Positions 19,622-28,970 of a stretch of 57,448 nt of DNA are shown one piece after another (position 1 is the stretch's first letter; the number at the start of each line of letters is the position of its first letter). A program made the position numbers and the translations under genes. The stretch comes from Luteolibacter sp. (lineage in GTDB: Bacteria > Verrucomicrobiota > Verrucomicrobiia > Verrucomicrobiales > Akkermansiaceae), in assembly GCA_039933825.1 (NCBI GenBank), contig JBDTNJ010000392.1, positions 1-57,448 on the forward strand, written 5' to 3'. The notes below the pieces were generated by a model, which saw nothing but the letters and a program-made list of their open reading frames with translations, did no database searches and was not told the origin of the DNA.

Positions 19622-20286
19622 CCTTTGGCCACCTCCAGCCGGTCCCACAGTTCATCCCGGTCGATCGAAGCGATCGCCGCCGCCATGCACAGCATCAGTG
19701 CCGCGAAGGCCCAGAAACCCATGCCGAAATGCACTTCCGCCACTTTCGCCAACTTCAGCAAGCTGACAAGCACACCTAACAAAAAAACCTCCACCATGTT
19801 CCACGGCTCCGTTTGATTGAGCCATTTCGCCACGCGAACCGCCCCAGGCGCCACCCGCCCGAACATCAGCGGCCCACAAACGTAAATCAGCCCGGACGCC
19901 ATTCCGATAGGAGCGATGATCGTGAAGATTGCCAAAGCGATTCCCAGAATCGGACTGCCCTCACGGATCAGCGCACCGGCAGCGGATGTCAGGTTCAAAT
20001 TGCCATGAAAACCCCCATCCGCATCCATGATCAGGAAGGGGAAATAATGAACTACCCCCATCAGGATCAATGAAGTGAGTGAAAATGCCGTAGCCCGCAC
20101 CAGCGAGGCGGGCCTATTCTGATAGAGCACCGCGTCACAGCGCTTGCAGCGCGCCGCCGTTCCCTCAGGCACCGGAACCGCTTCATGCAGCGTATCGCAG
20201 AAATGGCAAACCGAGTAATGCGGCCCACCCCGCGGCTTCGGCCAAGGATGCAATGACCGTCGGGTTCTGGAAAAGGATTTGATCAT
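19618..20286 (-). CDS. pqiA: Paraquat-inducible protein A (first half-type)
   Basis: CHFCD...CKRC, PWNMVEVFLLGVLVSLLKL. Confidence 0.88.
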   Translation of the reverse strand: MIKSFSRTRRSLHPWPKPRGGPHYSVCHFCDTLHEAVPVPEGTAARCKRCDAVLYQNRPASLVRATAFSLTSLILMGVVHYFPFLIMDADGGFHGNLNLTSAAGALIREGSPILGIALAIFTIIAPIGMASGLIYVCGPLMFGRVAPGAVRVAKWLNQTEPWNMVEVFLLGVLVSLLKLAKVAEVHFGMGFWAFAALMLCMAAAIASIDRDELWDRLEVAKG

Positions 20287-20288
20287 GC

Positions 20289-21143
20289 TTAGCGAAGAAC
20301 CACCACCCGCTGCGCCATCTCACCCAGACCCTCAACACCGCACTCCACATAATCACCCGCTTGCAGGTAATTAGGTGGCTTCATCCCCATCGCCACCCCG
20401 CTCGGTGTCCCGGTCGCGAGCACATCGCCCGGCAGCAGTGTCATGAAACGGCTCACATAGCTGACAAGCTGCCTTACGGAAAACAACATGTCACCCGTCC
20501 AACTGTTCTGGCGAAGCTCTCCATTCACCTTGCTCCATAGGCGCAGTTTCTGAGGATCTTCAATTTCGTCTGCCGTTAGCAACCAAGGGCCCATCGGCGC
20601 AAAGCTATCCGCGCTTTTTCCTTTCGTCCACTGCCCACCCATATCTTTCTGAAAAGCCCTCTCCGAAAAATCGCAAAACGTCGAATAACCCGCCACATGA
20701 TCCAACGCTTCCATCTCGCCCACATACGAAGCGGTCCGGCCAATCACAATCGCCAACTCCACTTCGTAATCTAGCTTTGTCGAGCCGCGCGGGATGATGA
20801 CATCGTCAAACGGACCACTCCATGCACTCGTTGCCTTCAGGAAAATCACCGGTTCCGTCGGTAGCCCTTCATCCAGCTCGATGGCGTGCTCCAGATAGTT
20901 CTTCCCGATGCAAACAATTTTCGAAGGACGCTTCACCGGCGGGCCAAGGCGGATCAAGGGGTCCACATCCATCCCGCCAGGGCACCCATTCGCCACCCAT
21001 TGCCCCAAGGTCGCCAAGCCTCCCATCGCGAAAAAAACCTCATCATAGTCGCTGAACTCGCCACTCGCATCCACCCTGCGCCCGTCCGGCAGGATCACCC
21101 CTGGCTCCTCCAGCCCATTTTCTCCGAACCGGATCAACTTCAT
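20289..21143 (-). CDS. Fumarylacetoacetate hydrolase family protein
   Basis: KIVCIGKNY..H, DYEVELA, D.SER, WTKGKS.DSF.PMGP, GDVLATGTPSGV. Confidence 0.93.
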   Translation of the reverse strand: MKLIRFGENGLEEPGVILPDGRRVDASGEFSDYDEVFFAMGGLATLGQWVANGCPGGMDVDPLIRLGPPVKRPSKIVCIGKNYLEHAIELDEGLPTEPVIFLKATSAWSGPFDDVIIPRGSTKLDYEVELAIVIGRTASYVGEMEALDHVAGYSTFCDFSERAFQKDMGGQWTKGKSADSFAPMGPWLLTADEIEDPQKLRLWSKVNGELRQNSWTGDMLFSVRQLVSYVSRFMTLLPGDVLATGTPSGVAMGMKPPNYLQAGDYVECGVEGLGEMAQRVVVLR

Positions 21144-21191
21144 GGGTGCACCTTAGCTTGTAATTCAGAATCTTAAAAATCCGAAAATCAC

Positions 21192-21225
21192 GGATTTACA
21201 CCTGTTTGGGATTTACACCTGTTTG
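21192..21225. repeat. 17-bp perfect tandem repeat, 2 copies
   Basis: ggatttacacctgtttg ggatttacacctgtttg. Confidence 0.9.
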
Positions 21226-21259
21226 ATGCACTCGCGAGGAATGACCTGAAAATCAGGGC

Positions 21260-21347
21260 AAAAAATAAGCGGCCCGGCTGATCATCCACCCTAGGAAAAA
21301 CCCATTAACCCGGGAGGCATCTCAGTCGGACCGCCTTGTCTTGCGAC
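21260..21347 (-). ncRNA. Putative structured small RNA, copy 1
   Basis: Long hairpin GCGGUCCGACUGA/UCAGCCGGGCCGC, loop UUAAUGGGUUUUU, U-rich tail; paralogue at 21460-21549. Confidence 0.65.
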
Positions 21348-21353
21348 GCGGAA

Positions 21354-21382
21354 GAATTACCACCGATCACCCACCCCTGCAA
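21354..21382 (-). promoter_or_regulatory. Candidate sigma70 promoter for sRNA copy 1
   Basis: Minus strand TTGCAG-17 nt-TAATTC, then 6 nt to the shared GTCGC 5' end. Confidence 0.45.
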
Positions 21383-21459
21383 GACTTTAATTCCAAAAAG
21401 TGAAAATATTTTGAGCCAGTGCCGTTTCTCGACAAACCCATCTCCCTTCCCGCCCTCAT

Positions 21460-21549
21460 AAAAAAAATGAAGCGGCCCGATTGATCATCCACAAGGAAAA
21501 CCCATTAACCTTGAGGCATCTCAATCGGACCGCCTATAGTGTCGCGACA
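21460..21549 (-). ncRNA. Putative structured small RNA, copy 2
   Basis: GCGGUCCGAUUGA/UCAAUCGGGCCGC stem, CAAGG/CCUUG inner stem, same loop, U8 tail. Confidence 0.65.
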
Positions 21550-21559
21550 TCATCAATTA

Positions 21560-21576
21560 AGCACCATCCGTGCCAA
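21560..21576 (-). promoter_or_regulatory. Sigma54 (-24/-12) promoter for sRNA copy 2
   Basis: Minus strand TTGGCACGGATGGTGCT; GG-N10-GC spacing exact; ~12 nt upstream of the RNA 5' end. Confidence 0.65.
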
Positions 21577-21722
21577 GTTTTAAAAGATGGAATTAACTTC
21601 ATGTTTGTTACTAATTCCACCTTGTCTGGTTTTTCGGGAAGGCCAGTTTTCGGGCATCCCGTTATTTTTGGGATGAATACCCCTGTTTCATACCTCACAC
21701 ACCCAGACCGCCCCACCCGCCC

Positions 21723-23774
21723 ATGCATCGATTCACCATAGTTCTATTTTCCTTGGTTGCCTTTTCGCCCATCGCACATGGCCAATTCGGGAGTTTAGCT
21801 GGCTCCGCTTCTTCAACTGCCACCCTAGTTTCAGAGGTAAAGACCATCGCTCCTGGCAAGATCTTCAGCGTCGCACTCCAAATCGCCCATCCTGCGGAAT
21901 GGCACAGCTACTATCAGAATTCCGGCGGCGTGGAACTTCCGCCCGCCATCGAGTGGAAACTGCCTGAAGGATTTACCTCAGGGCCGATCCAGTGGCCGGT
22001 GCCTGAGGTGAAAGACGGATACTTTGGAAAAAGCTTCGTCTATCTGGGAAGTCCCGTTTTCATCGTCGATCTCACAGCTCCCGCTTCGCTGAAAGCCGGC
22101 GAAACCATCACCCTCACCGCCGATGCGCAATGGCAGATCTGTAAGGACAGCTGCATCAATGAAAAGAAGTCCCTCTCACTGTCACTCGGTGTCACGGCGG
22201 TGGCTGAAAACGATCCCGCCACCGCAGAGCTCTTCAAAACAGCCCGCGCCAGCCAGCCAACCAAAGCCCCCTCCTGGAAATTCTCAGCCACCTCCGCAGC
22301 CGACGAAGTCCAGCTCCGCATCGAGACCGATAGCACTTTCAAGGAAACCCCGACCGATTTCATCCCGAACCAAACGTTCCTCCAACCCGCCAGCGCCGGC
22401 GGCAGAATCACCCACGAGGGTAATGCCTGGCTGGTCAGTCTGAAGCGTGCCACCAAAGACGCTTTGGACCAACCCATCACTCAAGGAAAATCATTTTCGG
22501 GCATGCTCGCCGGCCCAAAACCGATAGAAGTTCCAGACACCCTCATCGGAAGCCCGCCCGCCCAATCCCTGTCGTTTATGAAATTTCTGCCCATTCTCGG
22601 CGGCATGCTGCTAGGCGGACTCATCCTCAATCTCATGCCCTGCGTCTTCCCCGTCATCGGCTTGAAAATCATGGGCTTCGTCCAACAGGCCGGGGCCGAC
22701 CGGAAAAAAATCGCCCTTCACGGCATCACCTTCGCGCTCGGCGTGCTCGCCTCCTTCGGCGTGCTCAGCGGCATCCTCTTCGCCGCCCGCGAGGCGGCGG
22801 GCGGCGGCGATCAGATCGGTTGGGGCTATCAGCTCCAGAATCCCTGGGTCGTGCTCTCGCTCATGCTGCTCATGTTCGTGCTCGCGCTCAACATGTTCGG
22901 GGTCTTTGAAATGGGCACCTCCGCCACCTCCGTCGGCGGCTCGCTCCAGGCGAAACAAGGTCTCTCCGGTTCATTCTTCTCCGGCGTGCTCGCCACCGTC
23001 GTCGCCACGCCATGTTCCGCGCCCTTCCTCGGTGCTGCCATCGGCGCGGCCATCGCGCTGCCCGCCTTCCAGTTCTTCTCCGCGTTCGGAGCCATGGCCA
23101 TCGGGCTGGCCCTGCCCTATCTGGTTCTATCCATTTTCCCAAAACTTATCGACTTCCTCCCCCGCCCCGGCGCGTGGATGGAGAGCTTCAAGCAAGCGAT
23201 GTCCTTCCTGCTCTTCGCCACCGCCGGTTACCTTCTGTGGGTCTATGCCGGGATTATTGACTTCGACAACATGCTCGGCCCCATCTTCGGCCTCAGCGCC
23301 ATCGCCGTGGCCTTCTGGATTCATGGCCGCTGGAACCTGCCCCACCTCAAGCAGAGCACCCGCCTCACTGCGCTCGCCCTCACCCTGTTATTCGCCGCCG
23401 CTGGTTTCTATCTGGCAAAACCTCCCGGGAAAGCCGCCATCGAATGGGAACACTGGTCGGAAGAACGCGTCGAATCACTGCTGGCAGAAGGCAAACCTGT
23501 CTATATCGACTTCACCGCCAAATGGTGCGCCACCTGTCAATTTAACAAAAAGCGCGCCTACACCCCGGAAGTCATCGCCCTCATGAAGCAGAAGGGCGTT
23601 ATCCTCCTCAAGGGCGACAAAACCAAGCCCGACCCGAAAATCGAGGACGCCCTCCGGAAACTCGGCCGCAGCGCAATCCCCGTGAACGTCCTGCTCGCCC
23701 CCGGCAAAGAACCTGTCATCCTTCCAGAATTGCTATCACCGGACGATGTGAAAGCCGCTTTGGAAAAGCTGTAA
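21723..23774 (+). CDS. dsbD: Thiol:disulfide interchange protein DsbD family
   Basis: Signal peptide, WHSYY..., CKDSC N-domain, LNLMPCVFP, ATPCSAP, DFTAKWCATC thioredoxin domain. Confidence 0.9.
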   Translation: MHRFTIVLFSLVAFSPIAHGQFGSLAGSASSTATLVSEVKTIAPGKIFSVALQIAHPAEWHSYYQNSGGVELPPAIEWKLPEGFTSGPIQWPVPEVKDGYFGKSFVYLGSPVFIVDLTAPASLKAGETITLTADAQWQICKDSCINEKKSLSLSLGVTAVAENDPATAELFKTARASQPTKAPSWKFSATSAADEVQLRIETDSTFKETPTDFIPNQTFLQPASAGGRITHEGNAWLVSLKRATKDALDQPITQGKSFSGMLAGPKPIEVPDTLIGSPPAQSLSFMKFLPILGGMLLGGLILNLMPCVFPVIGLKIMGFVQQAGADRKKIALHGITFALGVLASFGVLSGILFAAREAAGGGDQIGWGYQLQNPWVVLSLMLLMFVLALNMFGVFEMGTSATSVGGSLQAKQGLSGSFFSGVLATVVATPCSAPFLGAAIGAAIALPAFQFFSAFGAMAIGLALPYLVLSIFPKLIDFLPRPGAWMESFKQAMSFLLFATAGYLLWVYAGIIDFDNMLGPIFGLSAIAVAFWIHGRWNLPHLKQSTRLTALALTLLFAAAGFYLAKPPGKAAIEWEHWSEERVESLLAEGKPVYIDFTAKWCATCQFNKKRAYTPEVIALMKQKGVILLKGDKTKPDPKIEDALRKLGRSAIPVNVLLAPGKEPVILPELLSPDDVKAALEKL

Positions 23775-23821
23775 GCCCGGAAAGCACCTATGACAGCCCG
23801 GAAAGCACCTATGACAGCCCG
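23774..23821. repeat. 21-bp tandem duplication including the cinA stop codon
   Basis: agcccggaaagcacctatgac x2 plus partial agcccg. Confidence 0.9.
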
Positions 23822-25047
23822 ACAAGCTTCCGGCGCACGGCCTCAAGCGCGGCTTGGCTAACAGCGAGTTTAAAATCGAGACGGTTGCGGGGGTGGAAAA
23901 CTTTGAAGGCGGTCGCGGAGGAGCCTTTCGTGGCGAGGCCGATCCAGGCGGTGCCCACGGGTTTTTCCGGGCTACCGCCATCCGGCCCGGCAATGCCGGT
24001 GACGGACACGGCGATGTCTGCGCCGCTGGCTTGCAAGGCCCCGGCAGCCATCTGGCAGGCGACAGCCTCGCTGACGGCGCCTTCCGTTTCAAGAGTGGCG
24101 GGTGAAACTCCTATCAGGGAAATTTTCGCAACATTCGCATAGGTAATGAAGCCGTGGGTGAAGACGGCGCTGGCCCCGGGGACGTCGGTGATGCGGTTTG
24201 AAATGAGGCCGCCGGTGCAGCTCTCGGCGGTGGCGAATTTCAAGTTTCTTTCCGCGAGCAAACGCACGACCGTGGCCTCGAGGGATGATCCGTCATCACT
24301 GATAAGGAATTTTTCAAAATGGGACAAAGTGATCGCACGGCCCTGCTCGAGGGCTTCCGGTAAACCAATCAAACGCAGATCTACCTCACCAATGTGGGCG
24401 CAGTATCCGTATTCGAGGCCAGGGACTGCGGCGAGCAGGGCATCGATGCCCTGATGGAAATCGCTCTCTCCGATACCGGTGAATTTGAGCTCGAGCGCGT
24501 CGTGCGCGGTCTCCACGCCGGAGAGCGCGCGCAGCCGCGGTATGACCTCATCGTGCACCATCGGATAGAGTTCGCGCGGCGGGCCGGGCAGCAGGAAGAC
24601 GGCGCAATTGGAAATGCCGTTCAAGCGCGGCGGAATATAGACACCTGGCGCGGTTCCGTTAGAATTGACCAGCACGTCCGCGCCGACCGGGCTGAGCGCC
24701 TGTTTCAGGTTCGCAGCCACCATTGGCTTCCCGCGCAGGGCGAAAAAATTTTCCATGGAGCGTAGCGATGCCTCGTCCGTAATCAGCTCCAGCCCGAGCA
24801 CCTCGGCGGTGATCTCGCGGGTGAGATCGTCGCTGGTAGGTCCGAGGCCACCGGTGACGATCAGGACGTCCGCACGGCTGATGGACTCGGTAATGGCATC
24901 GCGGATCGCATCGCCATCCGGCACGGTGGTCTGCCGTGAGATGCGCAGGCCGAGCTTGAACAACTCACGACCGAACCAAGCGGCGTGGGTATTCACGGTA
25001 TTTCCTAACAGTAGCTCGGTGCCTGTGTTGAGTATCTCGATGCGCAT
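23809..25047 (-). CDS. cinA: CinA-family protein (MoCF-like domain plus PncC NMN deamidase)
   Basis: GTELLLG..VNT, TGGLGPTSDDLTRE, LPGPPREL, AESCTGG, TGIAGPDGG. Confidence 0.93.
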   Translation of the reverse strand: MRIEILNTGTELLLGNTVNTHAAWFGRELFKLGLRISRQTTVPDGDAIRDAITESISRADVLIVTGGLGPTSDDLTREITAEVLGLELITDEASLRSMENFFALRGKPMVAANLKQALSPVGADVLVNSNGTAPGVYIPPRLNGISNCAVFLLPGPPRELYPMVHDEVIPRLRALSGVETAHDALELKFTGIGESDFHQGIDALLAAVPGLEYGYCAHIGEVDLRLIGLPEALEQGRAITLSHFEKFLISDDGSSLEATVVRLLAERNLKFATAESCTGGLISNRITDVPGASAVFTHGFITYANVAKISLIGVSPATLETEGAVSEAVACQMAAGALQASGADIAVSVTGIAGPDGGSPEKPVGTAWIGLATKGSSATAFKVFHPRNRLDFKLAVSQAALEAVRRKLVGLS

Positions 25048-25115
25048 GGCCGCAACATCGGGCGGTAGGCGCATCCGTTCAAGACCAGATACGATTTTTC
25101 AAATCGGTGCGAATG

Positions 25116-25149
25116 AAAAAGCGCCGCCCCGAGTTGCGGAGTGGCGCTC
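25116..25149 (-). terminator. Intrinsic terminator after the thioredoxin gene
   Basis: Minus strand GAGCGCCACUCCG-caacu-CGGGGCGGCGC followed by UUUUU. Confidence 0.75.
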
Positions 25150-25171
25150 ATTGAATTTGAAATAGGTGGAA

Positions 25172-26137
25172 TTATTTGGCTTCCGGCACCGCAGGTTTGT
25201 CTCCCTGCTCGGCCTTTTTCTTACTATCCAAGAGATGTTGTTTGAAACCATCCAGACTGGCTGCGATCTTGCTATCAGGGGCGAAGGCTTTGGCTTCATC
25301 GACCGATTTAATAGCCTCATCGAACTTTTTCTGTTGGACATAAATCATCGCCCGGGTCGCCATCAACTGCTGGGTTTCGTCAGGTGAAAATCCGCCTTCC
25401 TTGAGAGTCTTGTCAACTAGCGCGAGGGCACCATCAAAGTCCTGCTTCTGGGCGATTTCGCTGAGTTCTTCCTGGAATTTTGCGATCCGTCCCTTCGCCG
25501 CGGCCGCCTTGGCAAATCCGGTTTCATCGTTCGGATCCGCTGCTTTGATGTCCTCGATCTCCTTACTATAGAAACTGGCAAGCAACGTGTCTTCGAGTTC
25601 CATCGCCTTAAGAGCAGCCACAAGTGCTTTGGCCTTATCAAGCCCCGTGGCCTTCACTGCGGATTTCAAAGACTCGTCTCTCGCCGCTTTCTTCGCACGC
25701 AGTTCATCGAGATGCTTGACGTAAGCTTCAGGACCACCCTTTTCATAACCGGTGGCAGCAAACGGCTTTCCGTCGGCATCGCACAGCAAAATGGTCGGAT
25801 AACCTTGTATCTGATACTTTTTCCCCAGCTCGTCGTTTTGTTTGATCGTCGCTTCAGAAAGCTTGGATTTGTCTTTCGGGAAGTCCACTTCAACCAAAAC
25901 AAACTTGTCCTTCACTCCGGCCATGAACGGCTCCTTGCTGAAAACCTCATCCTTGAGCTTGATGCACCATCCGCACCAATCGGAACCTGTGAAATCCATC
26001 AGGAGGTCCTTTTTGGACGCCGCCGCTTCCTTTTTCGCAGCCGCGAAATCAGCGGACCAACCTTCGCCACCAGCAAAAGCGACACCTGCACACTGGAGGG
26101 CGACAAGCACCGCACCGATTTTTAAATAAGTTTTCAT
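25172..26137 (-). CDS. Exported thioredoxin-family protein with TPR-like C-terminus
   Basis: Signal peptide, DFTGSDWCGWC, GYPT cis-Pro loop, helical C-terminus. Confidence 0.88.
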   Translation of the reverse strand: MKTYLKIGAVLVALQCAGVAFAGGEGWSADFAAAKKEAAASKKDLLMDFTGSDWCGWCIKLKDEVFSKEPFMAGVKDKFVLVEVDFPKDKSKLSEATIKQNDELGKKYQIQGYPTILLCDADGKPFAATGYEKGGPEAYVKHLDELRAKKAARDESLKSAVKATGLDKAKALVAALKAMELEDTLLASFYSKEIEDIKAADPNDETGFAKAAAAKGRIAKFQEELSEIAQKQDFDGALALVDKTLKEGGFSPDETQQLMATRAMIYVQQKKFDEAIKSVDEAKAFAPDSKIAASLDGFKQHLLDSKKKAEQGDKPAVPEAK

Positions 26138-26191
26138 CACATGGATTTCTACCATGAAAATCCATACCGTCTAGGTGATTTCTTCAATCCA

Positions 26192-28954
26192 TCAAACGTA
26201 GCCGAGCCACGGGCCCAGCCACTTTTCGGCCTCCTCGAGGGTCATGCCCTTGCGCCGGGCGTAATCCTCGATCTGGTCTTTTTGGAGCTCGGATATCGCG
26301 AAATAATGGCTCTCCGGGTGGGAAAAATACAACCCGCAAACCGCAGCACCAGGGTGCATGGCGCAGCTTTCGGTAAGGGTCACGCCCGTCTCCGGGGACG
26401 CACCCAGCAAATCAAACAAAATCGGCTTCTCGGTATGGTCCGGCTGCGCGGGATAGCCCGGCGCGGGGCGGATGCCCTGATAGTTCTCATGAATGAGCTG
26501 GTCGTGGGTGAGTTCATCCTCAGTTTCATAACCCCACTCGACACGCGCCTTGTGGTGGAGAAACTCGGCGAACGCCTCTGCAAAACGGTCAGCGATCGCT
26601 TTGACCATGATCGCGCCGTAAGGATCGATTTCCTTGTCCAGTTCTTCCGCGAACTCATGCGCGCCATGGATGCCAACTACGAAGCCACCGATGTAGTCAT
26701 TCGCATTTCCTCCCGCCACCCAGTCGGATAGTGCGACGTTCGGTTTCCCGGAGTCCTTTTTGAGCTGCTGGCGGAGACTGTGGAAGCGCGTGCGCTCGGT
26801 GCTGCGGGATTCATCGGCCCAGACGACAATGTCATCGCCTTCCGAGTTTGCGGGAAAAAATCCGTAGATGCCTTCCGCGTGGCAGCGGCTTTCATTGATA
26901 ATGCGGTCCACCCAGAACAAAGCATCCTGATAGAGCTTCGCGGCTTCGGCGGCACCGGCCTCGTTTTTCGTCTTCAACGTTTCGGTCTTGCGATCCCACA
27001 CGCCGCGGAGTTCCCAGGCGTGGAAAAACGGCGTCCAGTCGATGAACCTGGCGAGCTCGCGCAACGACGGGCTCTTGATCGTCCGGGTGCCGGTGAAGGA
27101 GGGTACCGGTGGAGTATAGTTGTCCCAATTAAACTTCGGTCCGGCAGCGCGCGCTTCGGCGAGTGATAGAGTTTCTTTTTTCGGCCCGCCGAGGAAATTG
27201 TCGCGGAGGATTTGCTGCTTCGCTTTATTCCCAGCACCAAAAGCATCGCGCTGGTCTTTCGAGAGCAATGACGTGGTGACGGGCACGGAACGCGAGGCAT
27301 CGAGCACGTGAACCACTTGCCCCGAATAATGCTGCGCGATCTTGATCGCCGTGTGCGCGGCGGACGTCGTCGCGCCGCCGATGAGCAGCGGCACTTTGAA
27401 ACCAAGCCGCTCCATTTCCTTGGCGACGTGGACCATTTCGTCAAGCGATGGCGTGATCAAACCCGATAGACCAATCACATCCGCACCGAGTTCGATGGCT
27501 TTTGCCAGAATCTTGTCACATGAAACCATGACGCCCATATCGGTGACTTCAAAGCCATTACAGGACAGCACCACGCCGACGATGTTTTTCCCGATGTCAT
27601 GCACATCGCCCTTCACCGTGGCGATCAGGAAACGGCCTGCCGAGCGGCCGCGTTCGGCGAGTTTGAGCGCCTCGTCTTCGGTGAGCGCGGGGTTCTCCGC
27701 CATCAGCGCAGCGATGTCGCCTGCCAGATATTCCGCTTTATCGGCTTCCATAAAAGGGAACAACCAAGCGACCGCTTTTTTCATCACTCGGGCGGATTTT
27801 ACGACCTGCGGAAGAAACATTTTTCCGGCTCCGAACAGATCGCCGACGACACCCATGCCGTCCATCAAGGGTCCTTCGATGACTTTCAGCGGGCGCACGT
27901 ATTTGATACGAGCCTCTTCGGTATCTTCATCGATGTATTTGTCGATTCCCCGAAGCAGCGCGTGCTCCAATCGCTTTTCCACCGGCGCGTCACGCCAACT
28001 GAGATCCTCCTCGATCTTCTTGCCGCTTACATTTTTGTAGCTCTCAGCAAGATCGAGCAGGCGCTCCGTGGAATCGGGGCGGCGATTGAGTAGCACGTCT
28101 TCCACGCAGTCGAGAAGCTCTTTGGGAATCTCGTCGTAAAGTTCCAGCATACCTGCATTCACAATGCCCATATCCATTCCCGCGTTCCCGGCATGATAGA
28201 GAAATGCCGAGTGCATCGCCTCGCGAACTTTGTTGTTGCCGCGGAACGAGAACGAGATGTTTGAAACGCCACCGGATACTTTGGCACCGGGGAGGTTCTC
28301 CTTGATCCAACGGGTGGCGTTGATGAAATCGATGGCATAGTTGTTATGCTCCTCGATGCCGGTTGCCACCGTCAGGATGTTCGGGTCGAAAATAATATCA
28401 TCCTGACTGAAACCGACCTCATCTACCAGAATTCGATAGGCACGCTCGCAAATGCGGATCTTTTCCTCATAGCTTGCCGCTTGGCCGTTTTCATCGAAAG
28501 CCATGACCACCACCGCCGCGCCATACCGCATGATGTGGCGGGCCTGCTTCTTGAAATTTTCCTCACCCTCCTTGAGCGAGATCGAATTCACAATCCCCTT
28601 CCCCTGAAGGTATTTGAGACCCTCCTCAAGGATTTCCCACTTCGAGGAATCCACCATGATCGGCACTTTCGCGACGTCCGGCTCGCCCTGCAGCAGGCTG
28701 AGGAAACGCGCCATCATCGCTTTGCCGTCGATCAGTCCGTCGTCGAAACAGATATCAATCACGTTCGCACCGTTAGCGACTTGCTGACGTGCCACCTCGA
28801 CGGCGGCTTCCAGATCACCGGCCCTAACTAGTTTAGCGAACTGGGGGGATCCCGCGACATTCGCGCGCTCGCCGATCATCAGGAAACGCTTGTCGGAAGT
28901 GTGGTTGTAGGCCTCGGTGCCGGAGAGGCGAAGGGCGTGAGGGATGGTTTTCAT
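26192..28954 (-). CDS. metH: B12-dependent methionine synthase, C-terminal part (pterin-binding, cap, cobalamin-binding, reactivation domains)
   Basis: [55 protein letters not shown]. Confidence 0.96.
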   Translation of the reverse strand: MKTIPHALRLSGTEAYNHTSDKRFLMIGERANVAGSPQFAKLVRAGDLEAAVEVARQQVANGANVIDICFDDGLIDGKAMMARFLSLLQGEPDVAKVPIMVDSSKWEILEEGLKYLQGKGIVNSISLKEGEENFKKQARHIMRYGAAVVVMAFDENGQAASYEEKIRICERAYRILVDEVGFSQDDIIFDPNILTVATGIEEHNNYAIDFINATRWIKENLPGAKVSGGVSNISFSFRGNNKVREAMHSAFLYHAGNAGMDMGIVNAGMLELYDEIPKELLDCVEDVLLNRRPDSTERLLDLAESYKNVSGKKIEEDLSWRDAPVEKRLEHALLRGIDKYIDEDTEEARIKYVRPLKVIEGPLMDGMGVVGDLFGAGKMFLPQVVKSARVMKKAVAWLFPFMEADKAEYLAGDIAALMAENPALTEDEALKLAERGRSAGRFLIATVKGDVHDIGKNIVGVVLSCNGFEVTDMGVMVSCDKILAKAIELGADVIGLSGLITPSLDEMVHVAKEMERLGFKVPLLIGGATTSAAHTAIKIAQHYSGQVVHVLDASRSVPVTTSLLSKDQRDAFGAGNKAKQQILRDNFLGGPKKETLSLAEARAAGPKFNWDNYTPPVPSFTGTRTIKSPSLRELARFIDWTPFFHAWELRGVWDRKTETLKTKNEAGAAEAAKLYQDALFWVDRIINESRCHAEGIYGFFPANSEGDDIVVWADESRSTERTRFHSLRQQLKKDSGKPNVALSDWVAGGNANDYIGGFVVGIHGAHEFAEELDKEIDPYGAIMVKAIADRFAEAFAEFLHHKARVEWGYETEDELTHDQLIHENYQGIRPAPGYPAQPDHTEKPILFDLLGASPETGVTLTESCAMHPGAAVCGLYFSHPESHYFAISELQKDQIEDYARRKGMTLEEAEKWLGPWLGYV

Positions 28955-28970
28955 TTTGGGAAGGGAAGAG

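Noticed and set aside
21260-21549. The repeats as CRISPR, tRNA, SRP RNA, plain terminators or a tandem riboswitch
   Set aside because: Only two copies and no cas genes; no cloverleaf or SRP GGAA-loop motif; no gene ends at them; each has its own promoter candidate and no alternative fold was evident
21481-21741. Short ORFs 21481-21741 (+) and 21534-21728 (-)
   Set aside because: No recognisable motifs; they overlap the RNA hairpin and promoter elements
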